This document shows, piece after piece, positions 1-10,043 of a DNA stretch of 64,000 nt. Position numbers and translations under genes: made by a program. Within the stretch, counting starts at the first letter, position 1. Every line of letters starts with the position of its first letter. The DNA comes from Candidatus Latescibacterota bacterium (GTDB lineage Bacteria; Latescibacterota; UBA2968), in contig OZ244960.1 of NCBI GenBank assembly GCA_965222605.1, forward strand, positions 992,001-1,056,000. The letters are read 5' to 3'. The notes beneath the pieces are model-generated. The model saw only the letters and a list, made by a program, of their open reading frames with translations. It was not told the DNA's origin and ran no database searches.

Positions 1-3000
1 CAGACGATCACCGTCACCGTCACCGACGAGAACGAACCGCCGCACTTCACCAGCGACGATGCCTTCATGGTCAAAGAAAATAACAAGCTTGTCGGCAGGA
101 TGGCTGCCGATGATATCGACAGAGACGATAGCATCACTGGCTACGAAGTCACTGGTGGGGCTGACCAGAACGAGTTTGAGATCAAAAATACAAGGGAGTT
201 GCACTTCAAAGACGATCCCGATTTCGAGGATCCCACGGACTCTGGTAGCAACAACGAATACATCGTGGAGGTCACAGCGACTGGCGGCGCGGACACGCGA
301 GCACGCACAGTAACGCAGGAGATAACCGTCACTGTAGAGAACGACGACGAACCGCCCGGCAAGCCCGATCCCCCCACGGTGAGCGACGAAACGGAAAATA
401 GCCTGACCGTGACCTGGACAGCACCGACCAATACCGGTCCCGATATCACGAACTACCTTGTGCAATACCGCAGCGGCGGTTCATTCACTACCTGGTCCGA
501 CAGCAGCTTGACCATACCCCGCACGATCACCGGACTGCGCTCGGGCAGGACCTATCAGATTCAAGTGCAAGCCAAGAATGACGAAGGAAATGGTTTGTGG
601 TCCAATTCGGGTAGCGGAACCACGCTTACTGCGCCGACGGTATCGAGTGTTGTGTTCACCTCTACCCCGGCCTCGGGCCAGAACAACACCTATAAGCTGA
701 ACGACATAATTGACGTAACCGTGACCTTCAACGAAGCGGTAACAGTCACTAACACGCCGCAGATTGACCTGACAATTGGCTCCACTGTGCGTCAAGCCGA
801 CTATCAAAGCGGCTCGACCACGACCCAACTCCTCTTCCAATACACCGTGCAGAACACCGACGATGATACCAATGGCGCAAGCATCAACGCCAATGGCCTC
901 AAACTCAACGGCGGGCGCATCCGCAGAAACGGTACTGCCATAAACGCGGACCTGGTACACTCAGCGCGCACCAATCAATCCAGCCACAAGGTCGATGGCG
1001 TTGCCCCGGCACTTACCGAAGCAGAAGTAAAGGACGACGAGTTGACACTGAGCTACGAAGAGGTGATTGACAGCAGTTCGAGACCGGCGACCGGCGACTT
1101 TGCGGTTACCGTAGATGGCACGGCGAGGAGCGTCTCTACGGTTGCGATGCGCAGTAGCGAGGTGGAACTCACCCTCGCCTCGGCCGTAACATCGGGCCAG
1201 ACGGTAAGACTGTCCTACACACCTGGAACCAACCCGATTCGTGACCGGGCGCGAAACCCGGCCATCGCGCTCACAAACCTGACGGTGGCAAACCGAACTC
1301 AGGACCCGACCATCAATGTCTGCAACCGCACCACGCAGGTGCGCGACGCGATCGTAAATGCATCTCCCGTAAGCACTTGCGGTGCTGTCACGGCGGATCA
1401 TCTATCTGCTATCACCCTCCTCTCCCTGTATGACGAAAACATCTCGACGCTGAAAGCCGACGACTTTTCCGGGCTGACGAACCTGAAGGGACTCTCTCTG
1501 AGAGACAACAATCTCAGCAGCCTACCGGCGAATATCTTCTCCGACCTGTCGGCACTGGAAGGACTCTCTCTGTCCAGTAACAAACTCAGTAGCCTAAATG
1601 CGAATATCTTTTCCAATCTATCGGCACTGGAAGAACTCTCTCTTAGGGAGAATGAACTCAGCAGTCTGGATGAGAATATCTTCTCCGGCTTGACAGCACT
1701 GGAAGCACTTTCTCTATCCAGTAACAAACTCAGCAGCCTGGATGCAAATATCTTCTCAAGCTTGACAGCACTGGAATTACTCCACCTGTACAGCAACGAA
1801 CTCAGCAGTCTGGATGAGAATATCTTTTCCGACCTAACGGCACTGAAAGAACTCTCTCTATCCCGTAACAAACTCAACAGCCTGGATGCAAATATCTTCT
1901 CCGACCTGTCGGCACTGGAATTACTCTACCTGTACAGCAACGAACTCAGCAGTCTGGATACGAATATCTTTTCCGACCTATCTGCACTGAAAGAACTCCA
2001 CCTGTACAGCAACGAACTCAGCAGTCTGGATACGAATATCTTCTCCAATCTGTCGGCACTGGAAGAACTCCACCTGGATAGAAACGAACTCAGCAGCCTG
2101 CCGGCGAATATCTTTTCCAATCTGTCGGCACTGGAAGAACTCTACCTGGAGGAAAACGACCTCAGCAGCCTGAATGCAAACACGTTTTCGGGTCTGACAG
2201 CACTGAAAACACTCTGGCTTTACGGAAACGATCTGCAATCAACCTCCTTACCGACGGGTGTATTTTTCAGCTTGACAGCACTTGAAATCCTCCGCCTGGA
2301 CGAAAACCAGCTCAGCAGCCTGCCGACAAATCTCTTTTCCGGGCTGTCATCGCTTCAAGAACTCTATCTCAACGACCAACAATCCGGTCACAAACTCAGC
2401 AGCCTGGATGCGAACATATTTTCTGGCCTCACCGCGCTGATAGCACTCCACCTGGACGACAACAACCTCAGTAGCTTGCCCAATGGCGTATTCTCCGGAC
2501 TGACTGAGCTGACAACGCTCAAACTATCGGGCAACACGGTTGATCCCCTGCCCATTACCATCGCCCTGGAATCAATTACCAGCGGTATATTCAGAGCTAA
2601 AGCACACACTGGTGCGCCCTTTGCAATGACCCTGCCACTCCAGGTGATCAATGGCACCATTGACGGCGGCGCAAGCAGCATAGAAATCTCCCAGGGCAGT
2701 GAGGAAAGCAATATCCTCACCGTATCTCGCATGGCCGGCACCACCGCTGCCGTCACAGTTGACATCGGAACATTGCCAGACTTGCCTCCTAACGACAGCG
2801 GCTACGCACTCGTCAAATCCACTGACTTGCCACTGGAAGTGATAGAAGGGCAACCAGGCGTGACAGTATATCCGACGGCGTTGACCATACCAGAGGGCAA
2901 CAGCGACCTGTACACGGTGATTCTGACCTCGCAACCGACCGCCAACGTGACCGTCACAGTGACCGTGCCGACAAATTCGGATCTTTCCGTGAATTCAACA

Positions 3001-5274
3001 AGCCTGACGTTCACAGCGGATACCTGGAACATGTCGCAAGCAGTGACCGTCACCACAAACGCCGACACAGATAACACGGATGACACGGTCACGCTGAGCC
3101 ACTCGGTAAGCGGTGGGAACTATCAGAGCGTGACCGCGGAAAACGTGACTGTAACCATTCCAGAGACGGATGTCAGCACCAACAATCGGCCGGTATTCAC
3201 CAGTGCCAATATATTTGATGTAAAGGAAAACGAAACCGAGGTCGGCACGGTGGTCGCCACAGATGCCGATGAGAGAGATTACATCACGGGCTATGAGATT
3301 ACCGGCGGTGCCGCTCAGGCGCAATTCTCAATCACGAGTGGGGGGGTATTGACCTTTGTGTCCGCCCCCGACTATGAACGGCCACCCACCACCGCGAGCA
3401 ATAACAGATATGTCATCGTAGTCACTGCGACCAGCGGCACGGGCACCCGGGAACGGACAAGGACTCAGACGATAACCGTCGTCGTAGATGACGACGACGA
3501 ACCGCCGGGACAGCCGCCAGCACCGATACTAACTGTTGTCAGCAGTTTATTACGGGCTATCCTAGTAACGCCAGATCGAAGCCCGCCGACAAATACGGGT
3601 CCTGACATTACCGTCTGGGAAATTCAGTATCGCGTCAAGAACACCGGCGACTTCAAAAGCTTCACCCTGGACTCGGACCCGGACTGGACGGTGGTGATCT
3701 CGGGATTGAATAAAGACACGACATACGAAGTGCAGGTGCGGGCGAAGAACGACGAGGGGGAGAGCGAGTGGTCTCCCTCAGCCGAGGCGACGATTTCCAA
3801 TACCTCGCCGATAGCCAGCAGCATCGACGATGTGACGATACCAGTGGGAGGTGCTGTCGAGGTCGTGTCCGTTGATGACGCGTTCGACGATCCCGACGAT
3901 TACCTCCTGCGATATACGGCATCGTCGAGCAACAGTACTGTCGCGACCGTGCAGGTGATCGGTGCCGAGGTCCGGATCGATCCACTATCCGTCGGCACTG
4001 CGACCATTACCGTAACGGTGACCGATCCCTGGAGCGCGACCGCCTCGACAACCTTCGATGCGAATATCCAGACGCCGACCTTATCTGCTCCCACCCTGAG
4101 CATCAGCGGCAACCTCTTCACTTTTGGATTCACCGATAACTTCGCGGCCAACGAAACCCGGGCGTATCAGATCAGAATCCGGCGAAAGACGCCTATCGAA
4201 CCGTGGGCTACAGGGTGCTATACCGAAACAAACGATGAAGATTCTCCCAAAGCTATTACAGTAACGCTACAGAGCCTGGTATCCGATTTCTTCGAGCCTG
4301 GTACCACTTATGAGGCGGATTATGGATACCTCGGCACGGATTGTGGAAGCAGCGTAATGGGCGTTCGCTCCGCGACTGCCGAAGCGACGACCATCGGAAC
4401 GCCTTCCTTCAATATCGACCTCGTCTTTGTCGGCAGCATATCCTCGAAGTACCAGTCGGCATTTGAAACCGCTGCACAGCGTTGGGAGAGGATCATCGCG
4501 GACGATATCCCCAACCATCGTTTGTCCAGTAGCCGTCGCAGCCTGTTGAACAGGCTTTATCCGGGAACCACCGCTCCCGAAGTTGTCGATGATCTGGTGG
4601 TCTATGTGGAAATCGTTGAAATTGACGGAGATGGAGGCACACTCGGACAGGCAGGACGGAAGGTGTGGCGCGTTCCGTCCTCCCTGCCAATCGCATCCGG
4701 AATAGAGCTTGACAAAGACGACGTCGGCACAATGTCGAATGCAAAACTGGCAGACCTCATTCTGCACGAGATGGGCCACACTCTGGGATTCGGCCTTGGA
4801 TCGTGGGAAGATCTCAACCTGCTGCAGAACCCGTCCCTCGACGCGAATGACGACCCCATTGTTCCAGCGCCCGATACGCATTTCTCGGGTGCAAACGCGA
4901 TTGCGGCTTTCAATGATGCCGGCGGATCGAGCTACACGGGCGAGAAAGTACCAGTGGAGAACACGTACGGAGGATCGGGCAGCCAGGATTCTCACTGGCG
5001 GGAATCCGTGCTCGGCAACGAACTCATGACGCCCAGGCTCGCCGGGGCTGTTTCCTTCCCGTTGAGCGCGATCACAATCCAGTCGCTCGCCGATATAGGC
5101 TACCGCGTCAATGTCACACGAGCCGACGCGTACACCCTGCCTTCGACTTCCTCTATTCGCGGGACAAGGGCATCAGAGGGTCGCCCGATCAACTGCACCA
5201 TCATAACGCACCCCGACGCCGGACCAGATGAGCCAGAACCTATCATCCTGAATTTACAGCCGGCGGGTAACTAA
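1..5274 (+). CDS. Giant surface/secreted protein, 5'-truncated by the window edge: cadherin-like + FN3 + Ig/SwmB-like + 16 LRRs + cadherin/FN3 + C-terminal leishmanolysin (M8)-like zinc metalloprotease
   Basis: Frame 1 is open from base 1 (QTITVTVTDENEPPHF...). Cadherin-like PDFE/PDYE and DDEPPG motifs occur twice, as do FN3 'YxVQVxAKNDEG' motifs. 24-aa LRRs; HEMGH at 4765-4779; SHWRES...NELMT motif. Confidence 0.85.
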   Translation, partial: QTITVTVTDENEPPHFTSDDAFMVKENNKLVGRMAADDIDRDDSITGYEVTGGADQNEFEIKNTRELHFKDDPDFEDPTDSGSNNEYIVEVTATGGADTRARTVTQEITVTVENDDEPPGKPDPPTVSDETENSLTVTWTAPTNTGPDITNYLVQYRSGGSFTTWSDSSLTIPRTITGLRSGRTYQIQVQAKNDEGNGLWSNSGSGTTLTAPTVSSVVFTSTPASGQNNTYKLNDIIDVTVTFNEAVTVTNTPQIDLTIGSTVRQADYQSGSTTTQLLFQYTVQNTDDDTNGASINANGLKLNGGRIRRNGTAINADLVHSARTNQSSHKVDGVAPALTEAEVKDDELTLSYEEVIDSSSRPATGDFAVTVDGTARSVSTVAMRSSEVELTLASAVTSGQTVRLSYTPGTNPIRDRARNPAIALTNLTVANRTQDPTINVCNRTTQVRDAIVNASPVSTCGAVTADHLSAITLLSLYDENISTLKADDFSGLTNLKGLSLRDNNLSSLPANIFSDLSALEGLSLSSNKLSSLNANIFSNLSALEELSLRENELSSLDENIFSGLTALEALSLSSNKLSSLDANIFSSLTALELLHLYSNELSSLDENIFSDLTALKELSLSRNKLNSLDANIFSDLSALELLYLYSNELSSLDTNIFSDLSALKELHLYSNELSSLDTNIFSNLSALEELHLDRNELSSLPANIFSNLSALEELYLEENDLSSLNANTFSGLTALKTLWLYGNDLQSTSLPTGVFFSLTALEILRLDENQLSSLPTNLFSGLSSLQELYLNDQQSGHKLSSLDANIFSGLTALIALHLDDNNLSSLPNGVFSGLTELTTLKLSGNTVDPLPITIALESITSGIFRAKAHTGAPFAMTLPLQVINGTIDGGASSIEISQGSEESNILTVSRMAGTTAAVTVDIGTLPDLPPNDSGYALVKSTDLPLEVIEGQPGVTVYPTALTIPEGNSDLYTVILTSQPTANVTVTVTVPTNSDLSVNSTSLTFTADTWNMSQAVTVTTNADTDNTDDTVTLSHSVSGGNYQSVTAENVTVTIPETDVSTNNRPVFTSANIFDVKENETEVGTVVATDADERDYITGYEITGGAAQAQFSITSGGVLTFVSAPDYERPPTTASNNRYVIVVTATSGTGTRERTRTQTITVVVDDDDEPPGQPPAPILTVVSSLLRAILVTPDRSPPTNTGPDITVWEIQYRVKNTGDFKSFTLDSDPDWTVVISGLNKDTTYEVQVRAKNDEGESEWSPSAEATISNTSPIASSIDDVTIPVGGAVEVVSVDDAFDDPDDYLLRYTASSSNSTVATVQVIGAEVRIDPLSVGTATITVTVTDPWSATASTTFDANIQTPTLSAPTLSISGNLFTFGFTDNFAANETRAYQIRIRRKTPIEPWATGCYTETNDEDSPKAITVTLQSLVSDFFEPGTTYEADYGYLGTDCGSSVMGVRSATAEATTIGTPSFNIDLVFVGSISSKYQSAFETAAQRWERIIADDIPNHRLSSSRRSLLNRLYPGTTAPEVVDDLVVYVEIVEIDGDGGTLGQAGRKVWRVPSSLPIASGIELDKDDVGTMSNAKLADLILHEMGHTLGFGLGSWEDLNLLQNPSLDANDDPIVPAPDTHFSGANAIAAFNDAGGSSYTGEKVPVENTYGGSGSQDSHWRESVLGNELMTPRLAGAVSFPLSAITIQSLADIGYRVNVTRADAYTLPSTSSIRGTRASEGRPINCTIITHPDAGPDEPEPIILNLQPAGN
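1402..2535 (+). repeat. Tandem 72-bp (24-aa) leucine-rich-repeat array, 16 units
   Basis: Repeated LxALExLxLxxNxLSSLxxNIFSx; near-identical DNA units such as 'ctcagcagtctggat..gaatatctt' between 1474 and 2193. Confidence 0.95.
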
Positions 5275-5295
5275 TGTTACGCACGGACGCATTTC

Positions 5296-6093
5296 ATGGA
5301 TTATGCCAATATGAAACACCGCGTTAAAATATTCCCGCTCGCGCTCGGCACCACTATCTTGCTGAGCCTGATACTCTTATTTGCCCCGTGGTCTCTTTTT
5401 TCACAGAATAGTAGCCCCCCTTCCCAGGACTTTGACCGAAATGGGGTTGTGGGTATTCCCGATTTTTTGTTATTTGTTAGCGCGTTTGGAACTCGAGAGG
5501 GCCAGGACAAGTATGAGTCAACATACGACCTGGACGGCAATGGCGAAATTGGGATCCCCGATTTTCTGATCTTTGTCGATAACTTCGGCAAAGTGGTAAA
5601 ACACCTGCCGCCCACTTGCATGCCAACTTCCAATAGTCTGCACCCCAAAGTGACCCTATCGGACAGGGCTGGACAATACCAGCTAACGCTTGTGGAAGTG
5701 GTCAACGGCACCGACGCCCGCTCCGCGCAGGGTATGCTCACCCTGCGCCAGCAACCATCGGAACTCGACTCGCTGGGCAATGCAGCGACGCCATTGTACG
5801 GATTTACAGATGTAAATCTCCGCGCAGTCGGTGCTTATGAAGTCGGCGATCCCGATAGTGAAGACCCACAGGCACCGGGCGTTCTCGTACTCGAAAGCAG
5901 CCAAACTGGCGCACGCCGCATATTGTTGCGCCTCGGCGCAGACGCCAATCGGCGAGATGATGCGCTCTTCGACGGAGCTTACACAGTGCTGGAAGTACAT
6001 GAAATAGCCGCTGACGGTTTTGCAGGCAACTGGCGCAGTGGCCTGCGATTATCGCGTATCGAAGGCTACTTTTGCGCGAGAAAAGAATTCTAA
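5296..6093 (+). CDS. Secreted protein with dockerin-like/EF-hand pair and an unknown C-terminal domain
   Basis: Hydrophobic N-terminal signal; duplicated DFDRNGVVGIPDFLLF and DLDGNGEIGIPDFLIF Ca-binding loops. Confidence 0.7.
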   Translation: MDYANMKHRVKIFPLALGTTILLSLILLFAPWSLFSQNSSPPSQDFDRNGVVGIPDFLLFVSAFGTREGQDKYESTYDLDGNGEIGIPDFLIFVDNFGKVVKHLPPTCMPTSNSLHPKVTLSDRAGQYQLTLVEVVNGTDARSAQGMLTLRQQPSELDSLGNAATPLYGFTDVNLRAVGAYEVGDPDSEDPQAPGVLVLESSQTGARRILLRLGADANRRDDALFDGAYTVLEVHEIAADGFAGNWRSGLRLSRIEGYFCARKEF

Positions 6094-6117
6094 AAACAAC
6101 GTGAAAGCGAGGAATCT

Positions 6118-7404
6118 GTGGCAGCATTTTTGAATGACGATCAAGTCCGAGCAATTCGAGCAGAGTTTGGGTCGCCCGTTTACGTTTACGACCAGCGCAC
6201 GCTGGAAGCACAGGCCCAGGCAGTGTTGAACTTCCCCAATGCCTTTGGACTGACCGCGCGCTATGCGATGAAGGCATTGCCCAACAGCACCGTAATTCGC
6301 ATCTTAACGCAAAAGGGATTGCACATCGACGCGAGCAGCGGATATGAAGCCGAGCGCGCCATGCGGGCCGGTGTGCCTGGCCCTCACATCATGCTTACGG
6401 CACAGCAGCTACCAAAAAATTTGAAGCACCTGATCGAACAGGGCGTGATCTTTAATGCGTGTTCCCTGAATCAATTGCGAACATTTGGCGACTTGTTCCC
6501 CGGGCGATCCCTTTCCGTGCGTATCAATCCCGGCATGGGATCTGGGCACAGCAAGCGCACCAATGTGGGCGGACCTGCGGCGAGCTTCGGGATCTGGCAT
6601 GAATATATCTCCGACGTACACAAAATTTGCAAACAGCGCGATTTGACAGTGACAACCATGCACACGCATATTGGATCGGGCAGCGATCCCGAAGTGTGGG
6701 AGCGCGTCGCATTGATGTCATTGAAAATTTGCGTTGGATTTGAAAACGCGACCACATTGAGTTTGGGGGGTGGGTACAAGATTGGGCGCCTGCCGGGTGA
6801 GGTATCGACAGATTTACAGGTAATCGGACAACACATGGCCGAAGCCTTTGAAATGACCGCGGGAAAAACCGGACGCGCGTTGCGTTTGGAAGTAGAACCG
6901 GGGACATATCTGGTCGCAAATGCCGGTGCAATTGTGGCAACGGCAATTGATGTGGTGGATACCGGGAAAGACGGATACAAATTTATCAAAATCGATACCG
7001 GAATGACCGAAGTGATCAGACCGAGCATGTATGGGGCGCAGCACCCCATTTCCGTGGTGCCCGCCGAGGTAGAGAAACGCGGGGTTGACGAATATATTGT
7101 CGTGGGGCATTGTTGTGAAAGCGGCGACGTATTAACCCCTGCGCCCGACGATCCCGAAGGTTTGCAGCCCCGGCTATTGACAAAAACAAAAGTGGGAGAC
7201 GCCGTGGTCATTGGCGGAGCGGGCGCGTATTGTGCGGGCATGTCGTCTAAAAATTACAATTCCTTTCCCGAAGCAGCCGAAGTATTATTGGACAGAGACG
7301 GCGCATTGCACTTAATTCGGAAACGACAAACATTGGACCAGGTCCTGGAAAATGAAATTGTACCAGATTTTTTGAGTACGGGCGGGTTTGAAACCCGCCC
7401 CTGA
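6118..7404 (+). CDS. lysA: Diaminopimelate decarboxylase
   Basis: YAMKAL PLP lysine, HIGSG, LGGG, EPGTY, CCESGD and GAGAY motifs; GTG start after GAGGA. Confidence 0.9.
   Translation: MAAFLNDDQVRAIRAEFGSPVYVYDQRTLEAQAQAVLNFPNAFGLTARYAMKALPNSTVIRILTQKGLHIDASSGYEAERAMRAGVPGPHIMLTAQQLPKNLKHLIEQGVIFNACSLNQLRTFGDLFPGRSLSVRINPGMGSGHSKRTNVGGPAASFGIWHEYISDVHKICKQRDLTVTTMHTHIGSGSDPEVWERVALMSLKICVGFENATTLSLGGGYKIGRLPGEVSTDLQVIGQHMAEAFEMTAGKTGRALRLEVEPGTYLVANAGAIVATAIDVVDTGKDGYKFIKIDTGMTEVIRPSMYGAQHPISVVPAEVEKRGVDEYIVVGHCCESGDVLTPAPDDPEGLQPRLLTKTKVGDAVVIGGAGAYCAGMSSKNYNSFPEAAEVLLDRDGALHLIRKRQTLDQVLENEIVPDFLSTGGFETRP
7376..7404. repeat. REP-like palindrome (GTAG-family) inside the lysA 3' end
   Basis: gtac-gggcgggttt-g-aaacccgccc-ctga: perfect 10-bp inverted repeat. 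Confidence 0.75.
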
Positions 7405-7414
7405 AAGCTAATCT

Positions 7415-8554
7415 ATGACTTACGATGCAATTATATTGGGTGCCGGGATCAATGGATGCGGCATTGCGCGAGAACTCGCCGAGCGCGGGCAACGGGTGCT
7501 GGTGCTGGACAAGGGAGCAATTGGTGACGGCACATCGTCCAAATCATCTCGGTTGATCCACGGTGGATTGCGCTATTTGGAAACGCGGCAATTTGGACTG
7601 GTGCGAGAGGCTTTAGCTGATCGGTTGGAGCTTTTGGGGCGCTATCCCGAACTGGTCTCAATGCGACCGTTTTATCTGCCAATTTATCGCACGAGTCCAC
7701 GTCCCGTATGGAGGTTGTGGACAGGCATCAAGCTCTACGACGCACTGGCTGGGCGACACAATATCTATCGGTCTCGCAAGATATCGCGAAAACAATTTGC
7801 ACGCGAATTTCCCGCATTAAAGCAAGATGGGATTCGGGCGGTACTGCGCTACTACGACGGCAAGACAAATGATCTGGCACTCACAAAACGCGTGGCAGAA
7901 GACGCGCAAGAACTGGGATGCGTATTTCGCGAAGGGATTGACGCGCAACACCTGACCTGGGATAAAACCGGATTTGCCGTATCGGTCGGGGAAACAAAAT
8001 ACCGCAGTCGCATCCTGATCAATGCAACGGGACCGTGGATTGATGAAGTCACAGCGCGCTATCAGTTGCCATCGCGGTTTCATATCCGCAAAGTGAGCGG
8101 CATTCACATTTTTGCAGATGGACTACTCACCCCCCACCCCATGTTTTTGCAAACCGAAGGCAAGCGCGTCTTTTTTCTTTTACCCGAGCCAGAACGCGAT
8201 CAGACAATGATTGGCACAACCGAGCGCGAAGAGCTTGGACGGGTAGATGACGTGGTGGTTCAAGAGAAAGATATCGATTATTTGATCCGGGAAGTGAATG
8301 CGTATCTGGTTCCAGGCTACCAACTTCAGCGCGCGGATATAACAAATGCCACAGTGGGCATCCGTCCCCTTGTATCCCAAAAAGGCGGTGCAACCGATCT
8401 CTCGCGGGAATACGAACTGGATTTGCACACGCGCGGGCAAACCCAATTGCTCAATATATTTGGCGGAAAGCTAACGACGTACTTATCTCTATCGCGTCGA
8501 GTCGCCAAAACACTTGGCATCAAGGAAATAGCTTCTATCGCGTTGCGGGCTTGA
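7415..8554 (+). CDS. glpD: FAD-dependent glycerol-3-phosphate dehydrogenase/oxidase family protein (short form)
   Basis: GAGING FAD motif, TSSKSSRLIHGGLRYL, NATGPW and GGKLTT motifs. Confidence 0.8.
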   Translation: MTYDAIILGAGINGCGIARELAERGQRVLVLDKGAIGDGTSSKSSRLIHGGLRYLETRQFGLVREALADRLELLGRYPELVSMRPFYLPIYRTSPRPVWRLWTGIKLYDALAGRHNIYRSRKISRKQFAREFPALKQDGIRAVLRYYDGKTNDLALTKRVAEDAQELGCVFREGIDAQHLTWDKTGFAVSVGETKYRSRILINATGPWIDEVTARYQLPSRFHIRKVSGIHIFADGLLTPHPMFLQTEGKRVFFLLPEPERDQTMIGTTEREELGRVDDVVVQEKDIDYLIREVNAYLVPGYQLQRADITNATVGIRPLVSQKGGATDLSREYELDLHTRGQTQLLNIFGGKLTTYLSLSRRVAKTLGIKEIASIALRA

Positions 8555-8556
8555 TT

Positions 8557-8585
8557 GCGGGCGGGCACAGGGGCACCGCCCCTAC
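8557..8585 (-). repeat. GTAG REP-like element
   Basis: Minus strand reads GTAG-GGGCGG-TGCCCCTGTGC-CCGCCC. Confidence 0.7.
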
Positions 8586-8612
8586 GTCTCACCGCTTAAT
8601 CGGAGAAAATAG

Positions 8613-10028
8613 ATGCTGAAAAAATTGGACAACTTCAAAACAGCCGTTCTGCCCGAACGCAAATTTGGATTTTGGCAAATGGCGGGGCCGGGTGCCATCC
8701 TGGTCGGGCTATCCATCGGCGCGGGCGAGATCATTGTGTGGCCTCTTGTAGTCGCTGAATACGGCGCGAGCATGATCTGGGCTGCGGTACTCGGTGTGTT
8801 TTTGCAAATGTGGATCAACTTTGAGGTCGGGCGATGGACAATTGCCACGGGTGAAACGGTATATACGGGATTTGCGCGTGTGTGGCGCGGTTTTGCACCG
8901 CTATTTATTTTGATCACATTATTCTCCTGGATCGCCCCGGGATGGGGCCGCGCCTCGGGATTGGCTCTCAAGGCACTGCTGGTTGGTCCTCATGGATGGG
9001 GATCGGATACATTTTGGACCGTGATTACATTTATCGGAGTCGCACTGATATTGTTTGGCCCCAAGCTCATTTACAATTCAATGGAAAAAGCCGTTGAACT
9101 GATGGTAGCAATTGTCACCATAGGATTAATTATGGTGGCTTTTGCCGTAGGCACGGCGGAAACGTGGGTTGATCTGGGAAAAGGGGTTGTGAACATAGGC
9201 TACAAGGACCCAAATATGTCGGTGAAGGCGTTATTCATCGCCATCGTATTTGCAGGCGCTGGGGGAACGGCAAATTTGTTTTACACCTTTTATTTGCGCG
9301 ACAAACACATCGGCATGGGTGCCCATGTGCCCATCATGCAAAATCCATTGCGGAGCCGCTCAGAAGCCATTCCATCAACCGGATTTGTATTTGAAGAAAC
9401 AGAAGAAAACACAGCGCGGTTCAAGGCGTGGTGGGATTATATAAAAAAGGATCAGATGTTGTTCTTCTGGGGATTAAATTCTATTACGATGATGTTGTTC
9501 ATCTTTGGATCGCTCGCAGTCCTGCACCCCCAGGGCATCGTTCCCGCGCGTGGCACGCTAATTTGGGACGAGGCCGCTATTTTGGGCGAAATTTGGGGTG
9601 ACATAGGCCGCGTGATTTTTCTCCTGGTGGGGCTGGCAACGCTATTTGGCACACAACTCGCCCTCGTAGATGGGGTCGCGCGGTCAATCGCAGACATCGT
9701 ATATACCAATTTTAAGGGCGCGCAAAAACGAGACCTGAGCTGGTGGTATCTCCTCGTCGCGGGAATATGGATTGTGGCCGGATGTGTGATCACTTTTGTG
9801 ATGGAACAATACGGTGTGAGTGAATTGGGCTTTCTGTTTAATGCGGCCTACATGGGCGGATTTGCCATGGCGATTTACGTGCCACTAATGCTGTATATCA
9901 ATTATCGCTATTTGCCAAAAACTGCCCAACCGGGCAAAGGTTGCACCGCGATGATGGTGATTGCATCGCTGGTCTATATAATATTTGCCATAGCCTGTAT
10001 TTTGTGGGAAGTAGGCATTTTGGCTTAA
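8613..10028 (+). CDS. Nramp-like (APC superfamily) membrane transporter
   Basis: GPGAIL..IGAGE motif, GRWTIATGE, and about 11 hydrophobic segments. Confidence 0.75.
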   Translation: MLKKLDNFKTAVLPERKFGFWQMAGPGAILVGLSIGAGEIIVWPLVVAEYGASMIWAAVLGVFLQMWINFEVGRWTIATGETVYTGFARVWRGFAPLFILITLFSWIAPGWGRASGLALKALLVGPHGWGSDTFWTVITFIGVALILFGPKLIYNSMEKAVELMVAIVTIGLIMVAFAVGTAETWVDLGKGVVNIGYKDPNMSVKALFIAIVFAGAGGTANLFYTFYLRDKHIGMGAHVPIMQNPLRSRSEAIPSTGFVFEETEENTARFKAWWDYIKKDQMLFFWGLNSITMMLFIFGSLAVLHPQGIVPARGTLIWDEAAILGEIWGDIGRVIFLLVGLATLFGTQLALVDGVARSIADIVYTNFKGAQKRDLSWWYLLVAGIWIVAGCVITFVMEQYGVSELGFLFNAAYMGGFAMAIYVPLMLYINYRYLPKTAQPGKGCTAMMVIASLVYIIFAIACILWEVGILA

Positions 10029-10043
10029 AAAAGGAAGAGACCA

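Noticed and set aside
1474-2193. Regular 72-bp periodicity suggesting a CRISPR array or DGR target
   Set aside because: These are in-frame coding LRRs with no unique spacers; no cas or reverse-transcriptase gene lies in the window.
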